From NCBI RefSeq assembly GCF_032062105.1, contig NW_026925948.1:1-64000 (forward strand): a stretch of DNA of 64,000 nucleotides. Direction: 5' to 3'. A program made the translations under genes and the position numbers. Each line of letters starts with the position of its first letter. Positions within the stretch are counted from its first letter, which is position 1. Positions 1 to 31,789 of this stretch are shown here, in pieces. The notes under the pieces are model-generated. The model worked only from the letters and a program-made list of their open reading frames with translations. It ran no database searches and was not told the origin of the DNA. Source of the DNA: Saccostrea cucullata (lineage: Eukaryota).

Positions 1-561
1 GAAAAAAATAATGCTTTTGGCGTTTCCTGTCCTTTTCAACAACCCTGTCTTTGTCAGCTCTTATCTAAACAGTGAACGACGATAAGGCCACAAGTGCGTA
101 ATTTATATAATGCATTATATATAGATACAATTATATATTTAAAATTGAAAAAAATTTATATTATTATGTTGGATTATATTTAAATAAAGATATATATAAA
201 CTTCAGAGTTTGGTATGCTCACCAAAAGATCACCCTATCAAGGTGATCTCGACTTTAGATTTTTTTAATGAAGGTTTTTAAAGCTGTAAGTTTGATATTG
301 TATTAGGTTCTCATTGTTTTATCATTTAATTTGACTTAGATCGAGGTAATTATTATGTTTGTACATGTTTGTAGCAGTATATTTATAGATTAGTATTTTT
401 CTAATAATTTCAGAAGGTTATATGGTGTGAATCACTTTGTTAATACATTTTCATTTCAAGAACAAGTTACTTATACCAATTTATGTACATAGTAAGCATT
501 GCTATGCTGAAATGATAAAAGTGGGGTAGTCTGTGTAAATAAATGTGTAGATTTAAATTAA

Positions 562-855
562 GGGGTACGGCAGATGCATTTGTTTTTTACAACCACATAC
601 AACATTGGGATATTCTGACTTGGGAAGCAGCTCTTTATGATGTATTCTAACATGATTTTAATAAGTATTATTTCATATATACCTCATATTTTAAATTCTA
701 TGAATAAATCGTTACTTTTTCTGTTCTCTGTGTTGAAATTCCTTCATATCATAATCTGACATAAAAATCATTTCAATCTGAAAAAATAAGCAGCGCTTCA
801 AACTTCAACTATTCTAATTTTCTTGGTGAAATTTATAGCAGAGTGGCGGTACCCC
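562..855. mobile_element. Possible Kolobok-like MITE
   Basis: ttaa|ggggtac...gtacccc|taaa short TIRs with an imperfect TTAA TSD. Confidence 0.35.
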
Positions 856-1039
856 TAAAGAGAATTGATATGGGTGAAGTATAACACTAATTCTTCCGTA
901 ATCTATGTTGATCCTACGGGGAGGTATTTTTCATCATTATAGAATGCATTGTGTGGTTATCTCCCTAAAGAAAATTTTACATGCTAAGTGATGAGTTATA
1001 ATATTGAAAAACTATTCAGTACTTTTTTAAATAATATTG

Positions 1040-2040
1040 AATTTATTTTACAAAGGATTACTAATAAATTTTGAAAATCATAACATACATGTAATTGCCT
1101 TTAAAAAAAATATAGAAGATAAAATGAAAATAGATTCCGGGAAAAGATTTAATCTCTCAACCTTAAGGCAAAATCAAAAAATCAAATTTACATTAAACCC
1201 ATTTTTTACTCCAAATAGTTTAACAATGGTGTAATTTTTATTTCAGACTTGTTAGATAAAAAGGGAACTTTTCTAAAATTTGAAGATTTTAAAGCATAAT
1301 TTACTATAGAAAACAATTTTTTGACCTACATGTATGCAAGTTTACAGAGAGTTGTAAAAGTGCCTATGGCTGAAAAAAAATAAACAAAGAAAGATTAAAT
1401 CCAAGGCCCATTCTACCTTTTTATTTAAAATCATTCTGTTTATATAAAAATGAAACAAAACCTTTATATAATATTTTGAGCACAGAACTATAATACATTT
1501 CTCAGAAGTAAAAATAAGTAAATATTTTGACATTAAAGATTCCTTGTCGGAAATGCTACACGAAATTCCTTTTCAGCGAACAAAAATTTCTAAATTATAA
1601 TGGTTACAATTCAGAAAAAATCAACATAAATTAATGTAAATAGTTACAAAGAAAATATTATAGAAATTGGTTTGAAAGGTTTTAAATTGTGTAGCTTCTG
1701 TCAGACATATGATTCAAGATCTTTATCATATACATGTAATGTGGGAATGTCAAGAGGTTCAGACTTATGAGTAGTTTTACAATTTTATATGAAGCTCATT
1801 ATATGTATCCAAAAGATAGTTGTATGTTCATATTTGGAAGCCCTGAACAAAAAAGCAAGGGATCAAATACAATACAGTCATGTTTTAAATTATTTATGCA
1901 CAGAACCAAGCGTTGTTATGAGGTTTTGAGATCACAAGGCTTTCGCAGAACATTACTGTCTACCATGAAATATAGTGCAGCAAAAAGTAATCAGAGTAGT
2001 GAGTAAAATATTAAATGGAAAGAATGGCAATTACTTGTAG
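1040..2040 (+). mobile_element. Degenerate 3' part of an L1/Tx1-clade LINE ORF2
   Basis: Frameshifted NNGVIFISDLLDKKG and zinc-knuckle-like CSFC...WEC remnants, similar to the - strand LINE at 29064-29279. Confidence 0.6.
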
Positions 2041-2502
2041 AAGGAACTGAAACTAGGCAGTTAAAGATATTTTGCAAATTCTATATTACCAGTACTTGAA
2101 TTAACAGATATTTCTCAATCGCAACTTTTCGGGTCTTTCCAACTAGCGGAAAAAATAACATCGAATGTATTACGTAGACGCCATGACACCCCCCCCCCTT
2201 TGAAACACGTAAAATGGAGATCTTTTAGTTGTGGAGTGTGAGTTATGAGTTAATCTTTATTCAATGTAATAATATTACCTAAATTAAACTATAGAGGGGA
2301 TGCCTTTTGGTTGTTTTTGCGACCTCTGAAGGAAACACCCGAGATGTTGCGATTGAGACATTTTTATCATGCTTATTTTCTCCTTTTCACCTTTCTATAC
2401 CCCCTCTCTCTTTTTCTCTTTCTTTCTCTCCCGCTTCATCTCTTCATTGTCACTATTATGTAACGTTTTTTATTTTTTTACATTCCTTAATGATATACTT
2501 TT

Positions 2503-2800
2503 ATAATTTAATTCTGGTTGTAACGCTGTATTTGATTGGATTAAAAAATTTACTTTATATCGCATAAAATGGGTTGCCTACGTCACAACGACTTGCGTCA
2601 AAACGTATCAATCCGCCTTACGTTACATTCAAATTTTGTACTAACTGAAGTCATTTTGTTAGAAAAATCATCTTCTTTTCTTACATCAAATGACTGAAAA
2701 TTAAATTATAAGCAATGAATTTAATAACTACCCATTTTATACGGTATAAACTGTATAGTTTATACCGTATAAAATGGGTAGCTATTAAATTCATTCTTTA
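2503..2800. mobile_element. Non-autonomous hairpin-ended element (family copy; hairpin centre deleted)
   Basis: Reverse-complement match to 25920-26279; palindrome at 2714-2795. Confidence 0.75.
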
Positions 2801-3371
2801 AATAACGTCTTATATTATTATAAAGATGAATGTGACAAATGATATTTCTTAAAAAATGAGAACATATTGCGTATGCATTTCTTACATTTGCTTATACTTA
2901 TATAAACAAGTTATTGATGGCTTATCATTATATTAAGGTAGTAATATTAAGGTAGGAAAAAGTTTATTTTGAAAATGCAGACAAACATAATTTAGTTAAA
3001 GCTTATCGTATTCAAAGGCATTGATTATTTTGATTTTTTTTTCATTTTATATAATTGACCTTTTTTAATTGACTTTTGTTTCAAAATTTAATTTCAAGAT
3101 AACGTTCTTTGTTCTTTGGTTTGTTAAAACTAAAACGCATTGTCAAATATCATAACTTATAAAAGCTTACTTATTTTTATATCTTGATGTTTAGTTGATT
3201 TCGTAGAATTACTTATGATGTTTGATATCGAAAGCGATCATCTTTTCAGTCTTTTGTCATATTCATTATATTCATGAAATAAAAGAACAACTGGAGTTAT
3301 TCATTTGATACCTAGTAGAATATAGAAATATTTTTTTAAGAGAATCATAATTTTTTGGATAATTTTGTTTT

Positions 3372-4085
3372 ATTATGTCACCTGAGTAAACTCAGGTGAA
3401 CTATTGCTTTATGTTTTGGTCCGTCAATGTGCGTTGTGCATCCTACGCCAGCATTTGAATATTTTCAGCTTCTACTCTGCAACCATTTGATCAATTTCAA
3501 CCAATTTTGGCAAAAAAAAAAACGTTTATGGAGGAAGGGGAAAAAATTGTGAATTTCATTTTCCCTTCCCCCTGGGGCCTGAGGGGTGGGGCCGAAACCA
3601 CTAAAATTAATGCAATCTTTAAAATGTTTTTTCTTTACTCCTGTTGAGTGTCCTCTGCCCAAATTGTGAAATTCGTGGCTCAAGGGTCAGAGGTTCTAGC
3701 GCTATGGTTGGGTTCTATAGATTATATACTGAAATTGCAATTTCTTTCTTTGAAATTCTTCTTCACTGCTCATGGGTATTAAACAAACAAACTTAATGTG
3801 AAGTTATGATGAGTGAGGGCGCCACATCCAAAATTGAGAATTTCATGGCCCATTGATTATTGATTAGTTTAAATGCAATTTTGTCCCCCTACTCTGCCTA
3901 TAGGTACATGTATTTGGTAACCAAACTAAGCATGCTTAATGTATAGTTATTTTGAGCAGCGGCACGATGTTTCTTTCAAAATTGTAAATGAAGTGGCCTC
4001 TGGTTTAAAACGCGAACCAAATTCAAATGTTTGAAAGTTGTTACAATATGCCCAGGTGACCTATAAGGCCCATGGGTCCCTTGTT
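3372..4085 (+). mobile_element. Helentron-associated (HINE-like) non-autonomous element
   Basis: 5' tcacctgag-taaa-ctcaggtga hairpin; 3' caggtgac...ggcccatgggtcccttgtt end; paralogous copy at ~38766-39479. Confidence 0.7.
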
Positions 4086-4101
4086 CTTTTATCTATCTAG
4101 A

Positions 4102-21964
<17,863 letters not shown>

Positions 21965-22363
21965 TATGCTATAAATGTTTACTTAATTGTAAATCTTCAC
22001 TTTTTATCAACAATTGTTTACTATGCTATGCACCTCTTGTGGAACCTCTCTGTTCAATGTTGAACTTTTCTTTTCTTTTCTGAGCGAATAAATTATGTTT
22101 ACAACAAACTAACTTACAAATGTATAGGAATTTCCCCTTTCAGTTATGAAAACACCTAACATTTACACTAATGCACGACTAATCAATAGTCCAATATATA
22201 TACGTTTCAAAAATCCACATTATCTCACCTCTAGAGCAAATGCAGTCTAATACAGCACTGAGTACCCCACCCTTCAATATGACGCATCATTTAGTTTACT
22301 GAGTAAAATTGTGCTACATTGTCTTTTAGATTTTTTTCTGACTGAAAATTACCCAACCTTATT

Positions 22364-22758
22364 TATGGTGGCATATTTGTGCCATCCACATAACTTTTTG
22401 TCAACAAAAGATATCACGTCAAGTCAAGATAACTATCTCGTCAACTCATGATAATTCTCTGGTTTGTCGTCAAGCACCGACTTTTATCTTGTAGAGTCAA
22501 GATAAGCTATCGTATTTTTGCGATAGCTATCTCGCCAAAACGAGAGAATTTATCTTGTATCACGATTAAATGTTATCTCGTCATGTCAAGATAGCTATTG
22601 CAACAAAACGTGATAGCTTATCTTGACTTGGCAAGATATAAAGTCGGTGTTTGACGAAAAACCAGAAAATTATCATGACTTGACGAGATAGTTATCTTGC
22701 GTGACATGATATGCTATGTTGACAAAAATTATGTGGATGGCATAAATATGCCACCATA
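22364..22758. mobile_element. Fold-back MITE, IS3EU-like termini
   Basis: Almost fully palindromic; TATGG...CCATA ends; flanks cttatt / cttatg (imperfect 6-bp TSD). Confidence 0.8.
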
Positions 22759-23668
22759 CTTATGCTTGGAGAGAAATTCCTTGATTTGCTCTTAAAAATG
22801 TTGTTGATATCTTATCAAACGTGTAATAAGAATCTGTTTCAAACTAACGTTTCGTCAGTTTTTCTCTGAATTTATTACGTTGCCCACAAAATCTTGAGAG
22901 ATCATTCCATCTTTCCATTTGTTAAAATATACGCAGGGAAAATATTGTCATATTACATGTATATGGAAACTTTAAACATGTGCTAACCATACTTCTATAT
23001 ATTGTTTGTGATTTTTTTTTTCTTTTATACTAAATATAGATATAAATTGTATATGTTTATAGTGTACGTAAATGAACCATTTTTTCTCCTACATCTTCGA
23101 AACTGGAAAATAGACGATAAAATTTTATTTTTTTTTTCCGTTTATAATGATTACGTATAATCTGATTTGTCTATGTAATAATTTAGCCTATTGTTATCTG
23201 AACAGTGGAGTCTCATAATTCAAGACACTGATGTTTACGTTCATAAGCAGTTTGCTTTTTTTAATTAGTGGATATAGAAGTATGATTTGTTATTTAAAAA
23301 ATACATGACTGTATATCTCAAAACGTGAAGCGTCCTGATTACCGAGGTTCTGCTACCTATTTTTTAAACTCTTTTTTGTATTAATATATCAAATATTTTA
23401 CTTTCATTCTTCTCTTATATTTGAATCATATTATCACTCAACATATTTGATATTACAATAAATCCTTTCATAAGCAATTTTTTAAATTATTATTTTATGT
23501 AATTATGATTTATGTTTCCCCTTCATTTAAGTGATGTCAAGTCCTATAGTGTGTGTTTCGTTTTATTCGTTCGATCTATTTTATTAGTACCTTTTTTTCT
23601 GTAAAAATACTGTTAGTTTTTAAAGAAATAATATAGCCATGGTTACAAAAACGGATTAATCTGACATA

Positions 23669-24743
23669 CGAGGGCTGTTCAATAAATAATGTCCCGAACT
23701 GTATGACATACAATGCAGTTATCGTATGATATGAAACTTGACTTTCTTTGATTATTAATTCTTTACTGAATTTATAACAGTTTATGTGACAACTTTTCCT
23801 CACATAGTTTTATCGTGAGAAACAAGGGCTATTCGAGACACTGCATTATAAATGAATGGTAAAGAATCAGTAAACTAGAGTGAAAATAAAGGCTTCATTA
23901 AAGCTGTTGTAAAACATGTTAAAAATCCCAAAGAAATATTCACTGAAATATGTATCATTTACAACAACCGATGCCTGATTTTTAGACAAATGAGCAGGTG
24001 GATTTCAATGATAAAAAAATTATATAATGGGCATCAAAAATGGGTAGTACTACCCTCCTTGCCAACAAAAATTATAAGAACTTATGTACTGTTTGCCAAA
24101 TTTCAACAAATAATATTAATAATATAATAGTGTTGCATTATGTATGTAGTATGACTAAATAGTAGGCAGGGTTTGACACATGGTGCACGAGCCGGAGGCC
24201 TGACAAAAGCAAAGGTATGCACAAAGACAGATTTATATGCAGTTTTCGTAAATATTAGTGGTATTGTTGTGCAAATTTGTATTCGGGGAGACAGTTTAAT
24301 ATTTCAAGGAGTATATAAAAGAGGAAAGACCCAGAATCAGGATTTAACTATATTGAATTTCTTCCTGACAGCGTGCAAACCCGCATGACCTGAAGAGTTA
24401 ATGGGTTTTCGGGATAAAGAGAAAGTTAATGTTTTTTTTCACAATAACAATATTTGCAAGATCTTTGACCTTTTAACTTGTTTCTATTTCCAAACTTGAA
24501 AAAAAACACCTTTCAGAAGAAAAAAAGAAGTCCAGGAAATCATTGAATGTGCCATTTTCCAGTATACTAAGGGTCATACCCAAAAATGAGTTCTAAAAAC
24601 AATCAGACATTGGATAAAAAATGTTACGGACATGTATTTGAAATAAAAGAGATTAATAAGCAAAATCATGAAGACTAAACCATTGAAAAGCGTTGTTTGC
24701 TTCTTTCTGAGCACCGAGGACATTATTTATTGAACAGCCCTCG
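23669..24743 (+). mobile_element. Decayed mariner element
   Basis: TA TSD, 26-bp TIR cgagggctgttcaataaataatgtcc; transposase remnants (NPKEIFTEICIIY...RQMSRW; FLFPNLKK); foreign internal segment ~24020-24420. Confidence 0.85.
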
Positions 24744-24964
24744 TAAGTCAATGTGAAGGCTTTCGAAAAGGATACATATGACCATGAGAATGGTGTAAGA
24801 AGTATTTCTGCTTTACCCAGAATTTGTAACTCTGAAATTGGATATTTAGCTGCTTTTGCATCACAAATAGTTTTGTAAAAATGTTCTGTTCTGTTGTCCG
24901 TTTTTCGTAATTTTTCCCCATACGTTCGAATTCGCTCATTATACACTTGAATTTCTTTCCAGTA

Positions 24965-25110
24965 ATAGTCGCCCGCGTGTGGCAGTAGTAACGAGTTGAT
25001 CCTTACGTCGCGGGTTCGAATCACACTGGGGGACGTGGAGACCAGTCCTTAGGTTGAGACCGTATAAACGGAGGTTCCGACCTTGCGATTTCCTGGCCCA
25101 GTGTTGCAAA
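24965..25110 (+). mobile_element. tRNA-derived SINE fragment
   Basis: B-box ggttcgaatc followed by a gagaccgtataaacggaggt core resembling bivalve Meta-type SINEs. Confidence 0.5.
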
Positions 25111-25919
25111 CAAATCAGCAAATTTTCTTTTTTTTAAAGTGAGATTATATAAACTTCTTATTAATTTTTTTTTAGAACTCAAAACAAATAAATTTTACGT
25201 AATATATTGTAAACCAGTGCACAGTCCTCAAAGGCCTAATTCTTCATGCTTTGAAGATTCAGCGATGTGTCTTCTTATAATGACCTAGAATGGGGGGGGG
25301 GGGTAAGGGGGAGTCAAACATTTGAACACATTTCATAGAACTTGTATCTGCATTATATTTTTTGAAATAAATATCTTCATCAATGAATAATCTTATTTGG
25401 AAAAGAACTACGAATGATAGTATTGTTCTCCCGTCCACCTCTAAGTCAATTCTGAAAAGTTAACATATTCGAATGATTTTCGAAGTTTTTATAGATATTT
25501 ATATGAATTTTCCAAAAACGTTACTTATTTGGGATATCAAAGAAAGATAACTCTATAATTTTGGTAAAATTTGTGTTTTTTACTATAGAAATCAACGGAA
25601 AACGGAAAATATTTTTTAAAACATCTCCCCCCCCCCCGAAACAAAAATTCCTTTTTACAGGTAATATAGACTGTCATTTTTACAAATTTATGCCAAAGCT
25701 TTTTGTGTTTCACGGGGGGGGGGGACATATGTTTATAGACAAAAAAACGAAAAAAATGCAGATTTTTCACCAATTTTAAAGCTATTTACAACTAAATATT
25801 TTATTAAATTATATATGTTTTGTTTATGTGCGTAAAACATAAGAAAAGGTATGAGATACATTTTATCATATTTAAGACCATTTCAGAATATGGTGATTCT
25901 TGAAAGTTCGATTTCATTT

Positions 25920-26279
25920 AAGGAATGAATTTAATAGCTACCCATTTTATACGGTATAAACTGGGTTGGGGCAGTTTACGCTTTATAAACCGCGAAGCGG
26001 TTTATAAAAAAGCGTAAACTGTTCCAAACCAGTTTATACCGTATAAAATGGGTAGCTATTAAATTCATTGCTTATAATTTAATTTTCATTCATTTGATGT
26101 AAGAAAAAAGATGGTTGTTCTAACAAAATGACTTCAGCTTGTACACAATTTGAATGTAACATCAGGCGGATTGATACGTTTTTGACGCAAGTCATTGTGA
26201 CGTAGGCAACCCATTTTATACAATATAAAATAATTTTTTTATCCAATCAAATACAGCGTTACAACCAAAATTAAATTAT
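25920..26279. mobile_element. Non-autonomous hairpin-ended element (full hairpin with GCGAAGC apex)
   Basis: ~146-nt palindrome at 25924-26069; body bounded by 13-bp inverted repeats ataatttaatttt / aaaattaaattat. Confidence 0.8.
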
Positions 26280-28594
26280 TTGAAAATAATGTCTAACCCC
26301 CTTTTTTCAAGATCTGTATTTTATGATAATTTGATTAATGATAATTAAAATGATTAATCAATTAAAATAGAATTGTTCTCTCTATTAAACAAAGATTTAA
26401 TGGCCAAATTGCCATTAATATTGAACTTAATGGGTGTTAAATGTAGGCGGGAATCAAGAGTTAGAGTTCGTAGTTCTTATAGTAACTCATTTTAAATATT
26501 TACATTTTCAAATATTTTTCCTTCCGATTCTTTGCGAGTGAAAGAGCACTTCATTTTCTCACGTACCTGAATGAGCGCTTTCTCCATTGTGACGTCATAA
26601 TAACACATTTGACGTCAAAACTGTAGATCTAGTATTGTTTTGATTAAAAAATAATCGTTGATCGAAATAACTTTTTCGTCGCTTCTTGATATCTGCTGGA
26701 GTGAAACGTCTATATGTTCATGTCCTTGTGATTTTTCAAAAATTAAATTCATTTCTCAAATTACTTCTTATAAGCATGATGAGTTTAAATGTTTTTTTTT
26801 TTTGTAAATATCTTGCCTCTTTGGAAGTGTATTGTGTTTCAATACGACGCATAAAAATTTTTACCACAACCTTTTACGCTATATATGCGACGATATCGAT
26901 GGTTTAATGTTTACATGGTCGATGTCACTGCTGAAAGTGCTAAAGATTATAGGAAAAAACAAAATCCTCTGCAATATTTTTTATTTTACATGCAGAATAT
27001 GTCTTCTAACGTTAAGGCATAAGTGGTCTTCACCGTAACACATAGTATATTGAATCTCTTTCGTTAATGAAAATTCATACATGTATCCAGTTAAATACGT
27101 ACGCAGTCTGAATCTCTTATAGGAAATTATCTATACGTAGATGTAGATCCTAAAAAAAATTTCTTATATAAAATTCTAATTTTAGAATAAGGACATTAAC
27201 CTCAAGATATAAATTAATTTAAAATTTATTTTTTAAGAAATAGATTTCAATGTTCAGAAATACTCAATAGCTAGACGTGTCAAATCGTAAAACATGCACG
27301 CAGATAAAAAAAATATGGTCAGCGTTTACCAACATTCTCAGTGTATCATTTATAAATTATTCTTTCTCTACTTTAGAAAAACAAACCCTTTTGTCATGAG
27401 CGCAAACATATCACGCTCCTTATTCCGGAAAGAGTTACAGCAAACATTCTTTTTTTTAATCACCACATGATCACGTGACGCCGTGCAATCGCATCCTTAA
27501 ACGGAGTGCCAATCGCGTTTTCTAATTGGAGCAGCATTGGATTTGCCGGTTTTTTTAATTTCAACTTTCATTTATATCTAATAAGTGTAAACAAAGGTAG
27601 ATTCACATACATATATCTTCATTCAAGTACCTATAATGAGTAGCACATACAGGTATCAAACTAACATCAAGATACACACATTAACATGTACACATCTAGA
27701 CACATGTGAAAGTTGTTTTAATCTAGAAAAGAGAAAGGAGGAGAGAAAGAAACAGTAAAGAAAAGGGGTATAGTGGGGTTTTTTCTTGTCATAAGTGGGG
27801 GGGGGGGGTGATAATAAACATTTGTTTCTTGGAAAACAGTATATACATGTAGGTATGTACAAATGTACATAATGTACATAATATATTACAGATGCTCTGT
27901 CAATTTTTCTCAAACTTTATGTATTTGCATTGCTTAAAAAGTAAAATTTTCTCTATCAAGATTCTGTCCACAATAATTGTTTTTTAGAGTCTTTATGGAC
28001 ATCCTTGTTCTTAGGTTTGCCAAATAATATTGTTGTTCTGTCGAAAACTACAGATACATTACACTTACACAAAAACCACTCTTCAATATCACTTCAAAGC
28101 TCTTTTACTAAATACATTCAACAAAAAGTTGTTCAATTGACTCAATGTCAGTCTTACAGAAACTGCAAGCTGGAGACTCCTTTATCTTCACTTTGAAAAG
28201 ATATAAATTTTTTGGAAGTATTCTATGTAAAATTAGAAATTGTAGCCACTGGAGTTAAGATTCTTATGTAATTTTATAGGGAAACTCAAAAAATTTATTC
28301 CATTCAGGCATGGTGAATAGATATTCATTTTCATTCTATTTTAAAACTGAAGTACTTGATTCTTACGTTCTCTTAATAAGAATATAATACATGTCTTTAC
28401 AGCCTGTCATATTAATATAAAACATCTTCAAAGAACTGGGTATATTTGGACCATAAGGAAAAACCATATTAAGGTCAGACGACACGTTCCTCAAAATCTG
28501 TTTTCTATATCTTCGTAATGTATGAAAAATATTCAAATTTTAAGAACATTCTGATTTCTAAACCAGTTTCTGATTTGAAAAGCTAAACCAGTTT

Positions 28595-28881
28595 CTATCC
28601 GTCCGTCCGTCTGTCTGTCCGTCCGTCCGTCCGTCTGATACGCTAAGGGGGAGCCATCTCTAATCCGCAACTCCTCTCATACCACTGAATGAAAATTGAT
28701 GAAACTTTCACAGAATCTTTATTACATATTGCCATTGTGCACCTCCTATTTTACTTTTTGATCCGACACATATTTTGGGTTTCCCGGCCACAGGAAAACA
28801 TGGACTTTTTCACCAGTTATAACCATATGGGAGGCGGGGGGTATCATTTAGTGAGCTCATCGCTCACAGTACCTCTAGTTT
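28595..28881 (+). mobile_element. HINE-like element; same family 3' end on - strand at 62597-62855
   Basis: (gtcc)n/(gtct)n tract plus gtgagctcatcgctcac...ctagttt end. Confidence 0.6.
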
Positions 28882-30611
28882 TTAATTCAAAGACTTAAAC
28901 ATTTGAAATTGGAAAATTATTTTTCTCCCCCAATGGATTATATAAGAAAAACTACCCATGGTATCTTGCAGAAATGCCTGGTAAGGTACCTCAATTTTTT
29001 GTGATTAAACATGTTTAAGTAGCAATACTTCAATGACAAACTGTTAGAAAAATCTATCTATTATTAAGGAATGTCTCGTCTGTCCTTAATTTGGTTTTTG
29101 TTCACAAATTTGTCTATCACAGCCTGTTTCAAACTAGAAACATCAACAAAATTTGTTTTTATACCAAGATCTTTAAAGGTGTCTAGGCTTAAAAAAGTAT
29201 TATCTAAGTTAAACAAGTCACTTATGAAAACAAAACCAGCATTAAAATAGCTTTTAAGAAAGACAGAAGACCTACCCATGATGATTTTTGGATTATACTA
29301 TATGTGTTCTTGGAATATATTTTTATTTTTCTGTTGTTCTGCATAAATATTTTAAGCCAACTTCTAAGGACTTCTACCCAAAAAGTGTTATTTTCTTACA
29401 CAAATTAGCAGTAAATTAAAGTCTGTACCCATTAACAAAAGATTTTTAATATATGTATGTATTTGTGATTAAAATAATGTTACCCACTTAGAATCAGAGT
29501 GGATTAATCTTCTTAATGCTATTATAAACTCTGAATAATCAATCATTCTAAGGCCACCATCACTGTAGTCTTGAATGATAGTATTTCTTTTTATTTTATG
29601 GACTTTACTTCCCTAAAGAAAAAAATAAATTTCATCCTCAAATGCTTTTATAATTTCTAATGGTGGATTAGGTAAAGTTAGTATAAAGTGATTTAATTTA
29701 GAGATAATCAATGTCTTAATGACAGTTAACCTACCAATGGGTGTTAATGTCCTTAATTTCAACTTATTAAATACCTTTTTAATCTCACTTAACTTTGATG
29801 TATAATTAAAATTAATCATGTCTTTCTCTGTACGGAAAAATTAATCCCTAAAAGATCAGATGTTGTGGTTGTGCTATTCCAGTTAACTTCCATCTAGAAT
29901 GATGATATATATCTTTTGAATTTTTTTTTACTTCAAATCCATATCATTTTTGTTTTTTGAATATTTATTTTGGGCCCTGATAAATTTGTAAAGTAGTCTA
30001 ATTCTCTAAGAATTCCAACCAGAGATTCAGGCGATCCATCAGAGATAAGTGATAGGTCATCTGCATATTGAGAAATCTTATACTCTTCTCCGTGCATTGT
30101 TATACCTTTGATATCTTTATTTTTACGAATTAAAATACCAAAAATTTCAAAACACAATAGGAAGAGATACAGGGATATAGGATCACCTTGTCATCCCCTT
30201 TCTGGATATATATAATCAGATATAAAAACCATTCTGTATGACACAGGATTTAATATTGCTGTAAAAAGTCTATTCAACGGCGAGGTTCCAAAATTGAAAA
30301 AATCAAGTTTTTCAAGAATAAAATTCCACGAGATAGTATCAAAAGCCTTTTCAATTTCTATAAGCATTAAAAGTCCTAGCATTTGATTGCATTCTGTATA
30401 ATCCATAATGCCATAAAACAATCTAATATTTTCTCCAATATATCTTCCTTTTAAAAATCCAGTTCGATTTGTATGTATTGATTTATTAAAAACCGATTTT
30501 ATTCGTTCGCCTATACACACAGATGCTTATTTATAAATAACATTTAAAAGGCTAATGGGGCGCCAATTCTTAAAAATTCTTTTGCTTTTCTTTTTTTTTG
30601 GTATACAAGTA

Positions 30612-30612
30612 T

Positions 30613-30654
<42 letters not shown>

Positions 30655-31762
30655 CCTTCGGTTTCTTTTTCCCTATTATTATTTTTTTTTCTTACCGATT
30701 TTTGTGCACGCGAGTTCTCGGAAACGGCTCGGTCGATTTTCACAAAACTTACAGATCTGATAGATATTGATCTGAACCTTTTTGGAAATTTTTTATAAGT
30801 ACGTCGTCACTTCCGGTCGTGAGATATGAACGATTTACGGATTTTAAGAGGGTCGGCTTGTCCAGATAACTCCTCCTAAACGACTTAAGATAATGAGTCA
30901 AGATTATCAGTGAAAGTAAAGGAAGGTTTGTTGAGTTGTATATGGGTGTCCAAATTTTTCTGGCGCAAAAGGTACCGGAGCTCGGTCGGGCCAAAAAATG
31001 TCTCAGAAACATCTCACAAAATTTGACACCTTTTGTTTCATATCGTCTTACCTGTTCACAAATTTTTAAAATATATTGAAGAGAAGTTAAGCAGAATGTT
31101 AAGAGCTTTCATATTATACCAAGAAAAGAGGGCTTTTTCCTCAAATTAGGGTCTCAGAAGGGCCAAAAGTCCTTTATTGATATCTCTGTAATGAACAATA
31201 TTTTGTTATAAATTACTGAAGCAAAAACGTTTATCTTTACGATTTTCAACAATATATTGAACAATTGTGATCATAGTTACGTAATTAGGGGTCATAAGAG
31301 GAAAAAATGCTAAATCTTTGATTCTTTATATCCCCAAAGGGAGAAATATTTTGATAAGCAGTATTGAATAAAAGATGTTCAGAATCGTATTCTAAAAAAT
31401 ATACAACCATTTAATTTTTGAAAAAAGGCACCATTAAGGGCTGACCCCATAATATTTCTATTCTGCACAGCTCGAAAACAAGAAGAAATTCTGAAAAGTT
31501 GTTTGAACAAAAAGTCTTTAAAATCCAGAGCCTCATCATATCATATGAAGAAAAAGGGGCTAAACCTTCAAAAAAAGGGCATAGAGGGGCCAACAGACTT
31601 TCATCTATAGACGTCTGATGATATATAAATCAAACAAAATAAATCAAATTAGGGAGTCTTGATAGCATCATGTATTAACAAAGATCATAGTGCAAATATC
31701 TCTCTATTCGAAAATTCGGACGGAAGACCTACTTGTTGCTCGCAACGAGAACGTTTCTAGTA
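30612..31762 (+). mobile_element. HINE-like insertion within the LINE
   Basis: taaggtcttccgtt-tcc-aacggaagacctta hairpin start; ggacggaagacct...gttgctcgcaac...ctag end. Confidence 0.6.
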
Positions 31763-31789
31763 ACTAATCTATTTGCATCTGAAAATTGC

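Noticed and set aside
4072-4101. ORF-track start at 4072 (and 39466)
   Set aside because: That ATG lies in the HINE 3' hairpin upstream of a splice acceptor; the copy-2 alignment supports 4102 and 39496
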